Shown piece by piece: positions 6,538 to 13,734 of a stretch of 64,000 nucleotides of DNA (position 1 is the stretch's first letter; each line of letters opens with the position of its first letter). Under the pieces are notes generated by a model that was not told the origin of the DNA, did no database searches, and was given only the letters and a program-made list of their open reading frames with translations. The DNA is from a virus. The position numbers and the translations under genes are program-made. Where the stretch lies: positions 64,001-128,000 of IMG/VR virus record IMGVR_UViG_3300025133_000022. One strand, 5' to 3'.

Positions 6538-6573
6538 CAAACATGTTATCTAACTCTTTTGTCGGTCACCTTT

Positions 6574-6650
6574 GCGGGCATAGCTCACGCTGGTAGAGCA
6601 CCTCGTTGCCAACGAGGAGGTAGTGGGATCATCGCCCACTGTCCGCTCCA
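6574..6650 (+). tRNA. tRNA-Gly(GCC)
   Basis: GCGGGCA/TGTCCGC, U73, CCA; CCTCG-TTGCCAA-CGAGG; atypical T-loop ATCATCG. Confidence 0.85.
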
Positions 6651-6745
6651 AGGGTCTTGAAAACATCCCTACTCGTTAGGTAGCATCTTCCTGCTACATT
6701 CTGTCGTCTGCCAAGAGTCAGCGGCAGTCTTATATTGACTCTTAT

Positions 6746-6833
6746 GCGGGGTTAGCTCAGTCTGGCCAGAGCGCCGGCCTTCCAAGCCGGAGGCGAATAG
6801 TTTACACGGGTTCGAATCCCGTACCCCGCTCCA
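6746..6833 (+). tRNA. tRNA-Gly(TCC) with an expanded variable region
   Basis: GCGGGGT/ACCCCGC, U73, CCA; CCGGC-CTTCCAA-GCCGG; variable region of about 15 nt. Confidence 0.85.
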
Positions 6834-6838
6834 TGCAC

Positions 6839-6913
6839 AAGAACGAGGGTTCCATTGAGAGGAATCGTGGGCGAATAGCCCACTAGATGGTTCGAATCCA
6901 TCCGTTCTTACCA
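6839..6913 (+). ncRNA. Non-canonical tRNA-like RNA
   Basis: AAGAACG/CGTTCTT A CCA; canonical T-arm GATGG TTCGAAT CCATC; two 6-bp internal arms and no canonical D-arm. Confidence 0.6.
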
Positions 6914-7468
6914 CGCCCGTGAATACAATTACCACCTACCTGGATGCATCTTGTGTAGGCTGGACTGGGTAACTTCTCAACAACATTCATCTGGACCCAG
7001 GTGACCCTGCGGTTGAAAACATGGTTCGATCCCATGCACAGGCTCTGAAAAAGGCAGGATAGATAGCTGTACAATCTGCTATAACAAAAATATATACACC
7101 AAGTGGGGCGAGAAACCCACACCCATGCACATCGCCAATGTAGGGTCCGAGATCTGTCGAACCACTGACCTGACGGGAGTTAACCCTAATCAGACATGTA
7201 ATAACAGCAATCACCCATGTGCGGGTCATGCTAATGACGTTGGTGCCATCTCTAGGTATGCAGTAGCCCGGCCACCATCCCGGAACTGCAATGAGAAAGA
7301 ACACATCCTGAGGTTTGTGTATAATTAACCTCAACTTTATATGGCTTGTACTGTGGATACACATTCAAGCCAGTTCTTAAGCAGTCAATTAGATGACGTG
7401 CAGTGCGAGTACTCTTGCTGTGGTGACGACGGTCACAAACAAAATCTAACAAAAAGCTAAGAACAAAT

Positions 7469-7542
7469 GCGGGGGTAGTTTTCAACCGATAAAACATCGG
7501 CCTTCCAAGCCGAAGTCCCGAGTTCAAACCTCGGTGCCCGCT
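7469..7542 (+). tRNA. tRNA-Gly(TCC)
   Basis: TCGGC-CTTCCAA-GCCGA; CCGAG TTCAAAC CTCGG; U73. Confidence 0.85.
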
Positions 7543-7907
7543 CTTGTGTGATTAACTCATAGCCTACCGGCAAAACAAGACCTCGATCTTGTTCCAATAG
7601 AGCACCTGCGCAAAGGCAGGAGGTAGAGAGTTTAGGCGACTCTCATTGCACACCACGGGGAATAGCGCATCTGTGATGATCTATGAAGTAGCCAACAGAT
7701 CATTGGCGAAAAGTTGCATGCGCGCACACTGTCATAAATACTTCGAAGTAATGCGTCGACGGACAAGTGAACCAAGTACGGAGATAGCAATGCGTCTTAG
7801 CGCGTTGGATGTGGATCCAGAGGTACCCCGTGTGGGGTTCCCCAACCATTAAAGAATAATCATGGGTACAAACGAAAGTACCAGTGGCTTGAAGTAACAA
7901 TTACCAC

Positions 7908-7978
7908 GGGACCTTAGCTCAACGGTAGAGCAGTGGGCTTTTAACCTTCTGATCAGGGTTCGATTCCCTGAGGTCCCA
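7908..7978 (+). tRNA. tRNA-Lys(TTT)
   Basis: GGGACCT/AGGTCCC; loop CTTTTAA; CAGGG TTCGATT CCCTG. Confidence 0.85.
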
Positions 7979-8146
7979 TCAAGTTCAGGATGTAAGCAGT
8001 AGCGCTACAATACTTACTAGCACGACCAAGCGGTCCCAGAGGATACTCTGATCTGCAGCCTCGTGTAAACAGGGAGACACAATCTCCCTGCCTGAACACT
8101 TAAACTGCAGCCAACTGGCTGCATTCTTTTTAAGAAAGGAGGAATA

Positions 8147-8725
8147 ATGGGTGCAGATGGAGGATACCAATGGTTAGAAGTCACCAATAAATCAGCTCTT
8201 AAAGAGCTGGTCTGGATGCTCTGGCGCTACCAAAACAATAACTGCTGGGCTATCAAACATGCTAAAGAGCCAGAAGGCCTGCAAAACCCTGGAGTCAATT
8301 GGCTAGAAGGTGGTTATGGAACTGATTGTGACTACGACTTTAGAAGTCTCCTGGACTTCATTGACTACTGTATAGTAGAAGATGATCCAGTCTACTGCGG
8401 TACAGATCCACGACACCTTACGTTCGCTGAGCTAGAAGAAGACCTGCTAACTGACCCAGAATTTAATCTTTGGGCCTGGAAAGACTACGGTCTAAGCTGG
8501 AACCACTGGGACACCTGGTGGAAACAAAAACACTGGGGTCCAATCATGTACGGTATCGCCACCAAGCTGCGCGTTGAAAATCCCAATCCAACTGAGTATG
8601 CTCCCAATCCGTGGCCTGAAATCTACGTACCCAAGAACCTACGTAACACCACTGTCCAAGAGTGGGCACAACAAGTCAAAGCCCTTCTCCCCGGCGGACA
8701 CATCTATCAAGAAACATGGACGTAA
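8147..8725 (+). CDS. Hypothetical protein
   Basis: AAGGAGG RBS; 192-aa ORF. Confidence 0.75.
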   Translation: MGADGGYQWLEVTNKSALKELVWMLWRYQNNNCWAIKHAKEPEGLQNPGVNWLEGGYGTDCDYDFRSLLDFIDYCIVEDDPVYCGTDPRHLTFAELEEDLLTDPEFNLWAWKDYGLSWNHWDTWWKQKHWGPIMYGIATKLRVENPNPTEYAPNPWPEIYVPKNLRNTTVQEWAQQVKALLPGGHIYQETWT

Positions 8726-8994
8726 CATGGATTAGCTGCAGCGACCACATGCCACCTCCTGCAAAATGGGTGCTAGTTACTGTTGACATTCCGTACAACA
8801 ACCAACCACCCTCTGTTGAGTTGGCTCAGTGGAACAATCATCAACAATGGAGAACAGCCAGCAGTGCGCTTTCTTTAGAACAAGTATCTCACTGGACTGA
8901 AATTCCAAAGCCAGCTGAAGGCTGGCTAGGTAACATCCTGGCAGCCAAACAACATTTTGATAAATACTCCAAAAGGCAAATATGGAAACAGTAA
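8716..8994 (+). CDS. DUF551-like phage protein
   Basis: TWISCSDHMP...VLV...AQW...VSHWTEIPKP pattern. Confidence 0.7.
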   Translation: MDVTWISCSDHMPPPAKWVLVTVDIPYNNQPPSVELAQWNNHQQWRTASSALSLEQVSHWTEIPKPAEGWLGNILAAKQHFDKYSKRQIWKQ

Positions 8995-9323
8995 AACAAG
9001 CATATTACGATTCGGCTATTCAAATTGCTAAAGAAGCAGTTTCAAATGCAAAGCAACATTTAAAACACACTGAAAAATATCTTGAAAAAGCTATTCAGCA
9101 TAAAAAAGATGCATGCAGTCACGAAAATACTAGCACCTCAGAAGGTGCTCCAGGCGGAATGGGAATTTATTACCAACATAAATGGTGTACGGTCTGCAAC
9201 TACAGGTGGCCATCCTTCTCTGAATGGGTAAGCCGAGGCATAGGTTATGCTAACCGCGAAAGCAAAGGCACCATGCTGTTTAAACCCGGCACTGCAAATA
9301 CAAACATCAGTAGCGGGAACTAG
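8982..9323 (+). CDS. Hypothetical protein with a small Cys/His motif
   Basis: ORF track; CSH...WCTVC. Confidence 0.6.
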   Translation: METVKQAYYDSAIQIAKEAVSNAKQHLKHTEKYLEKAIQHKKDACSHENTSTSEGAPGGMGIYYQHKWCTVCNYRWPSFSEWVSRGIGYANRESKGTMLFKPGTANTNISSGN

Positions 9324-9532
9324 CTGACACGAGTATGCAAAAGAAGGCTCAAGTAAACACCCAAACACCAAGCTACTTCCAAAGTTGCCCTGATTGCAAC
9401 TTCGAAATAGTCTGGGGTAAATACCTCTACTATGTACGAACAGGCCAATGCCTCTGGGCTTTCAGTTCCAGTGGAGGGCCATTCAGGCTCCTTTGCATGA
9501 ACTGTGCTTGCATGTTACAGGTAAGCTTTAAC

Positions 9533-9609
9533 GGACCGGTAGCTCAGCTTGGTAGAGTGCCACCCTGATAAGGTAGAGGTCGTTGGTTCAAATCCAACTC
9601 GGTTCACCA
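9533..9609 (+). tRNA. tRNA-Ile(GAT)
   Basis: Loop CTGATAA; GTTGG TTCAAAT CCAAC; A73 CCA. Confidence 0.9.
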
Positions 9610-9619
9610 TAGGAACAAT

Positions 9620-9850
9620 ATGCTACGACACGTTCAAGAAAGTCATGATATCAGCCCCTGCCCATCTAAAGGATGTGCAATCGAATTAAACTACACACCC
9701 CCTGGCAATGAATACGAACCCAACGCTACCGCAGTTTTGAAATTTAGACCAAGCGGTCAGGGAAAAACCAAACAAGAAGCCTTTCGAGCTTTGGCAACAG
9801 AGCTTGAAGAAATCGCAGCAGCATGCAGGAAATATGCACTTGAACAATAA
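9620..9850 (+). CDS. Hypothetical protein
   Basis: AGGA RBS; ORF track. Confidence 0.6.
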   Translation: MLRHVQESHDISPCPSKGCAIELNYTPPGNEYEPNATAVLKFRPSGQGKTKQEAFRALATELEEIAAACRKYALEQ

Positions 9851-9896
9851 CGCCTAATCAGCTACTGTCTACTAGTCCGCCAGGACAGGAGGCAAT

Positions 9897-10139
9897 ATGT
9901 TTAAATTAATTGACATTGACACCAGATGTGTCGTAGCTGAGACCAGTACAAGTGCAGAAGCAAGAGCAGAAGCCATTAGGCTCATCAACGAACCAGAAGA
10001 ATTAACTCCGTACCACACTGAAAGCGACATTCTGACAATTACTTTATCAGAATATGGCAATCGCATTGTAGGCAAATACGGAAGCGAACTGACAGCACGT
10101 CAATTTTTGATCGTTGCAGACATGACACCAGTTCTTTAA
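9897..10139 (+). CDS. Hypothetical protein
   Basis: GGAGG RBS; ORF track. Confidence 0.65.
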   Translation: MFKLIDIDTRCVVAETSTSAEARAEAIRLINEPEELTPYHTESDILTITLSEYGNRIVGKYGSELTARQFLIVADMTPVL

Positions 10140-10159
10140 GTTTCTTTTCAAAAACACAA

Positions 10160-10182
10160 GCTCCCGCCATAAGGCGGGAGCT
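10160..10182 (+). terminator. Hairpin, probable intrinsic terminator
   Basis: GCTCCCGCC-ATAA-GGCGGGAGC followed by a T-rich tract. Confidence 0.55.
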
Positions 10183-10211
10183 TAATTTCCCTTAATAAGA
10201 GCTAAAATAGT

Positions 10212-10826
10212 ATGAAAATCGTATTTATAACAGGAGCTGGTATTAGCACAGCCTCTGGACTCCCCACATACAGGGGGGCCAATGGACTCTACGGCAATGA
10301 GCCAATAGAAGACGGTTACAGAATTGATGAAATCCTAAGTAGAAAAATTGCAAACATAAGACCAGATTTATTTAATAAATATCATGGTCAAATTGAAAAA
10401 GCTATTGCATTAGTTGAACCCAACACTATGCACTATGCTATCGCTGCTCTTCAAGAGCAGCACGATGTACGTATTTACACTCAAAACATCGATGACTTAC
10501 ATGAACGTGCGGGCAGCAAGCATGTTGTTCATCTGCACGGTGGAGGAGCTGAAAAAGAACCAGTCATTCTGTTCGGAGACTACTTGGATCCACAGAAGCT
10601 AAAGTGGATGAAGGCAGCCTGCAAGGCTGCTGATATACTGGTGCTTGTGGGCAGCTCTGCTGCCTTCCACTACATCCAAAGACCTTTCAAGAAAGCCAAG
10701 TATGACCACCCACAGGTCTTTATTCTAGACCCTGATCCACAACATCCACTGGCTGACACGGGTGTACACAAGAAGAATCCAAGCGAATACGCAGACATCA
10801 TCAAAATTATTCCAGAACTATTCTGA
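10212..10826 (+). CDS. Sir2-family NAD-dependent deacylase (sirtuin), lacking most of the Zn module
   Basis: GAGISTASGLPTYRG, TQNIDDLHERAG, HLHG, PVILFGD, VGSS motifs. Confidence 0.9.
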   Translation: MKIVFITGAGISTASGLPTYRGANGLYGNEPIEDGYRIDEILSRKIANIRPDLFNKYHGQIEKAIALVEPNTMHYAIAALQEQHDVRIYTQNIDDLHERAGSKHVVHLHGGGAEKEPVILFGDYLDPQKLKWMKAACKAADILVLVGSSAAFHYIQRPFKKAKYDHPQVFILDPDPQHPLADTGVHKKNPSEYADIIKIIPELF

Positions 10827-10842
10827 TAATAATTCAACTTAC

Positions 10843-10914
10843 GGACCTGTAGCTCAGCGGTAGAGCATTCGTCTTATATGCGATAGGTCGGAGGTTCAAA
10901 TCCTCTCAGGTCTA
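10843..10914 (+). tRNA. tRNA-Ile(TAT)
   Basis: GGACCTG/CAGGTCT; loop CTTATAT; GGAGG TTCAAAT CCTCT. Confidence 0.85.
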
Positions 10915-10937
10915 CTAAATTAACAAGAGAAATAAAA

Positions 10938-11303
10938 ATGATTAAATCACAAACAGTAAAAATGATTAGCTGCAATGACCTAGATTGCATGGTGCAAGAA
11001 GTCTACGAACGTCCCTATTGTTTCCAACAACAAAATGGATGCAAACCCAGGGGGATAGAAAGAGTAACCATCCCCACACTTGGTGAAGACTATGAAAACG
11101 ATACCATTTCTGAAGAAGCCAACAGTATGGGGGTTTCATTCAATGCCTGGCTTAAGCGAGACCCAGAAAAAACCACTGGTTATGGCTCAGTAGGACGATG
11201 CTGGGAAAGGAATTTCTACCCACACTTAGACATGGTTTTGAACGATCTGCATAAACGAGGTCTCGTTGCTGCAGGAGAATACATCATCAACATCGATTGG
11301 TAA
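10938..11303 (+). CDS. Hypothetical phage protein
   Basis: ORF track; WERNFYP...LNDLH..G pattern. Confidence 0.7.
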   Translation: MIKSQTVKMISCNDLDCMVQEVYERPYCFQQQNGCKPRGIERVTIPTLGEDYENDTISEEANSMGVSFNAWLKRDPEKTTGYGSVGRCWERNFYPHLDMVLNDLHKRGLVAAGEYIINIDW

Positions 11304-11315
11304 CCATCAGTACAT

Positions 11316-11387
11316 GCACCGTTAGTTCAATGGATAGAATGCTCGGCTACGAACCGAAGGATAGGGGTTCAAGTCCCTTGCGGTGTA
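11316..11387 (+). tRNA. tRNA-Arg(ACG)
   Basis: GCACCGT/GCGGTGT; CTCGG-CTACGAA-CCGAA. Confidence 0.9.
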
Positions 11388-11404
11388 CTATACAAGGAAA
11401 CAAT

Positions 11405-11962
11405 ATGCAGCCAATAACTCTTATTGTAGAAAACGAAGCAGCGTACCTGCATCTCATCGCCGATTGCTTTGAGCACGGTGCACACGAACCCAACCCATTT
11501 GTTAAGTCTCGAATAGACGAACTAGCTCTCAGCGATGTATTTGTCCGTCTGTCTGAAGATGCTTTGTATAACTATCTCGGATGCTACACTACTGATGTTC
11601 CTCCTGGAACTCTTGTCTATGAAAAAAACAACTATGAATCCTATCAAGAAGCAAGCATCACAGCCAAAGAATACGAAGTAAGAAAGCTTGTTCGAAAAAA
11701 CATGAAGCTGCACTATGAATGCACTCAGGTCCTCGTACCTAAGGCCGAGGACTACCCAATAGTTATTCACTGGCACTGGCTAGATGGCTGGGATAGATCT
11801 GGAAAAATCAAAGAAAGACACTTTATGTGGCATTCGTTATCCAACATCACTCGTATTAACAACAAAGACAATCCAATAAAATCAAGACACATGCAATGGG
11901 AAAGCCAATTCGGCGCCCTGTATGACAAGCTATCCAATACCACTGCAACACAATCTACGTGA
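11405..11962 (+). CDS. Hypothetical protein
   Basis: Start re-called past tRNA-Arg (AAGGA RBS, MQPITL). Confidence 0.7.
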   Translation: MQPITLIVENEAAYLHLIADCFEHGAHEPNPFVKSRIDELALSDVFVRLSEDALYNYLGCYTTDVPPGTLVYEKNNYESYQEASITAKEYEVRKLVRKNMKLHYECTQVLVPKAEDYPIVIHWHWLDGWDRSGKIKERHFMWHSLSNITRINNKDNPIKSRHMQWESQFGALYDKLSNTTATQST

Positions 11963-12009
11963 AGCACCCGTCTCAGCATAAAAATTCAAACCACAACAAC
12001 TTCATACTA

Positions 12010-12036
12010 AAGCCCCGCGTAGCGGGGCTTCTTTTG
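12010..12036 (+). terminator. GCGTAGC-capped hairpin, probable terminator
   Basis: AAGCCCC-GCGTAGC-GGGGCTT then CTTTTG. Confidence 0.65.
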
Positions 12037-12089
12037 TGAGAGCATTGACGCTCGAAGCAAACTGCATTAGCAGGAGAATCAAAGACATT

Positions 12090-12440
12090 ATGAATAGTGT
12101 AAATATTATCGGCAACCTTGGTCAAGATCCAATGCTGCGACACGTCGCCAGTGGCAAACCTGTTTTAAATTTTCGCATAGCTGTTGATAAATCACGCACC
12201 AGTAAGCACACTACAATGAGTGACACCAGCTGGTTTGATGTCACTGTCTGGGGAGCCGCAGCTGAATACCATGCCAAGTACCTGACCAAGGGCAGTCGTG
12301 TGGCCCTACAGGGCGAGCTGAACCAACGCTCCTGGCAAGACCGCGACGGCAACAAGCGTAGTGCAACAGAAATCATTGCTCATCGAATCGAATGGGTAAA
12401 ACTAAAACCAAACACCAGCAGCGTAGAACAAACTCTTTAA
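12090..12440 (+). CDS. ssb: Single-stranded DNA-binding protein
   Basis: MNSVNIIGNLGQDP...WFDVTVWG...KGSRVALQGEL...WQDRDGNKRSATEI OB-fold motifs. Confidence 0.9.
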   Translation: MNSVNIIGNLGQDPMLRHVASGKPVLNFRIAVDKSRTSKHTTMSDTSWFDVTVWGAAAEYHAKYLTKGSRVALQGELNQRSWQDRDGNKRSATEIIAHRIEWVKLKPNTSSVEQTL

Positions 12441-12476
12441 AAATCTGATATACTTACCTCTTGCTTGAGGTGAGAT

Positions 12477-12746
12477 ATGAAACCACTACAAAGAATGAGT
12501 CACGTTCTTCAAAACGCAACTATAAAATTTCTAGAAAATATTTTAAGTAAGAAGTTTTTAGTATTTATAACGGCGACAATACTAATGTCGCTTGGTTTGC
12601 TACCACCTGATCTCTGGGTGGCTGTAGCCTTGGCAGTGCTAGGCGTAGTGAGTGCAATTGATTACAAGCATGGAAGTAGATCTTTTGAGTCAACTTCAAC
12701 AGAAACTAACGACTCAACAGAAACCGAACCTACGCAAATCTTATAG
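12477..12746 (+). CDS. Two-TM membrane protein (holin-like)
   Basis: SKKFLVFITATILMSLG and LWVAVALAVLGVVSAIDY hydrophobic helices. Confidence 0.5.
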   Translation: MKPLQRMSHVLQNATIKFLENILSKKFLVFITATILMSLGLLPPDLWVAVALAVLGVVSAIDYKHGSRSFESTSTETNDSTETEPTQIL

Positions 12747-12797
12747 TCAAATAACCCTATTTGAAATGCCTAGATAATTATCTAAAGGTAAAAACCA

Positions 12798-13040
12798 ATG
12801 ACTCCTAAAGAAAGACAACAACTGCAAAACGCAAACCTACGTGAAAGAACAGCTACGGCAACAGCAAAAAGAGCAGGAAGAAAGAATCTAATTTTAAAAA
12901 CAAAGATTCAAAAGCTCGAAGAACAAATAGAACAACTACAGCAACAGTTAGAAGAAGCAAAGAAACCCAAACCAAAAAGCAGAACCAGAAGAAGCAAAAC
13001 CAAAACGATACCCGAGCTGACTAGTGCTGATTCCAAATAG
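12798..13040 (+). CDS. Basic coiled-coil hypothetical protein
   Basis: ORF track; heptad-like KIQKLEEQIEQLQQQLEE. Confidence 0.6.
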   Translation: MTPKERQQLQNANLRERTATATAKRAGRKNLILKTKIQKLEEQIEQLQQQLEEAKKPKPKSRTRRSKTKTIPELTSADSK

Positions 13041-13299
13041 TCTTCTAATCGTTCTGTCGATGCTAGGCACTATTGCCTTCTGCTGTGCAATCCTTTGGTC
13101 ACTGCCACAATTGTGGTACAGAATCAAATATGGGAAATTCAAACCTTCTTATGAAGAGCTTGAGCTACAGCACACAAAAGAAATACAAGAACTACACAAC
13201 GCGCACGTTGCGAAAGACCTCAAATTCGAAAGAGAAAGAAACGAAAGCCTCTCAACCGAACTGAAAAACACAATCAAAAAACTGGTCGATAAAATTTGA
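13024..13299 (+). CDS. Membrane-anchored coiled-coil protein
   Basis: N-terminal TM segment then a charged helix. Confidence 0.55.
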   Translation: MLIPNSLLIVLSMLGTIAFCCAILWSLPQLWYRIKYGKFKPSYEELELQHTKEIQELHNAHVAKDLKFERERNESLSTELKNTIKKLVDKI

Positions 13300-13313
13300 C
13301 CTAAGGAAAAACT

Positions 13314-13667
13314 ATGAATACCTACGAAATTCAACGTACCGTAACCACCACAAGAACCATCATCTCGCGCAAAACTTTCACTGAGACAGTTGAAAGCGAC
13401 AGCTTCTCTTCCGCAGCACTGGGAGCAGAAAGCGCTGCCATCTTTAGTAGTGATAGCCTCAGCGTCAAGACAGTCTCTGACTCCACGGAAGAGACCGAAG
13501 CAGTCATGGAAAGCATCAAGTTCGTTGGTGTGGCGAAAGCACCTGAAGTCGCGTCGGCTCCAGTTGATGATGGCAGCGGCCTGACCCCCGCACGCTATGA
13601 TTCTAGCCTCGCGCCAAGTGGAAAGGCATACTTCCCGATGCAGGTTGAACCAACTCCCAACACCTGA
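13314..13667 (+). CDS. Hypothetical protein
   Basis: AAGGA RBS; ORF track. Confidence 0.6.
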   Translation: MNTYEIQRTVTTTRTIISRKTFTETVESDSFSSAALGAESAAIFSSDSLSVKTVSDSTEETEAVMESIKFVGVAKAPEVASAPVDDGSGLTPARYDSSLAPSGKAYFPMQVEPTPNT

Positions 13668-13734
13668 TTTTTACAAAACCAACACCAAGAGCGCCCATTA
13701 GTGGGCGCTCTTCTATTTTTACACAGGAAAGTTA

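Noticed and set aside
3788-6570. Cassette flanks as a CRISPR array
   Set aside because: The repeats come as complementary leader/trailer pairs with irregular spacing, vary by covariation, and enclose tRNA halves rather than spacers. No cas operon is present; the Cas4-like gene is a common stand-alone phage nuclease.
3788-6570. Flanks as canonical hairpin ribozymes or archaeal bulge-helix-bulge motifs
   Set aside because: The G of GAA covaries as a Watson-Crick pair with the C of GUC (A-U in cassette D), unlike hairpin loop A, and one GUC cut would not join the tRNA halves. I could not draw a 3-4-3 BHB at the junctions.
6914-7050. Additional tRNA
   Set aside because: A T-arm-like ATGG-TTCGATC-CCAT and a weak CTTGTG/CACAGG stem exist, but no credible D or anticodon arm; at most a remnant.
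7555-7645. Additional tRNA
   Set aside because: Only TAGAGCA-CCTGC/GCAGG resembles a tRNA core; the acceptor stem and T-loop are missing.
7651-7848. tmRNA
   Set aside because: No G3.U70, no T-loop before the 3' end and no Ala-rich tag followed by a stop.
1458-11404. ORF-track N-terminal extensions or ORFs running through tRNAs (1458, 4075, 9335-9568, 11297) and minus-strand ORFs in 5037-7527
   Set aside because: They overlap well-formed tRNAs or cassettes; better starts with RBSs lie downstream, or the ORFs are antisense shadows.
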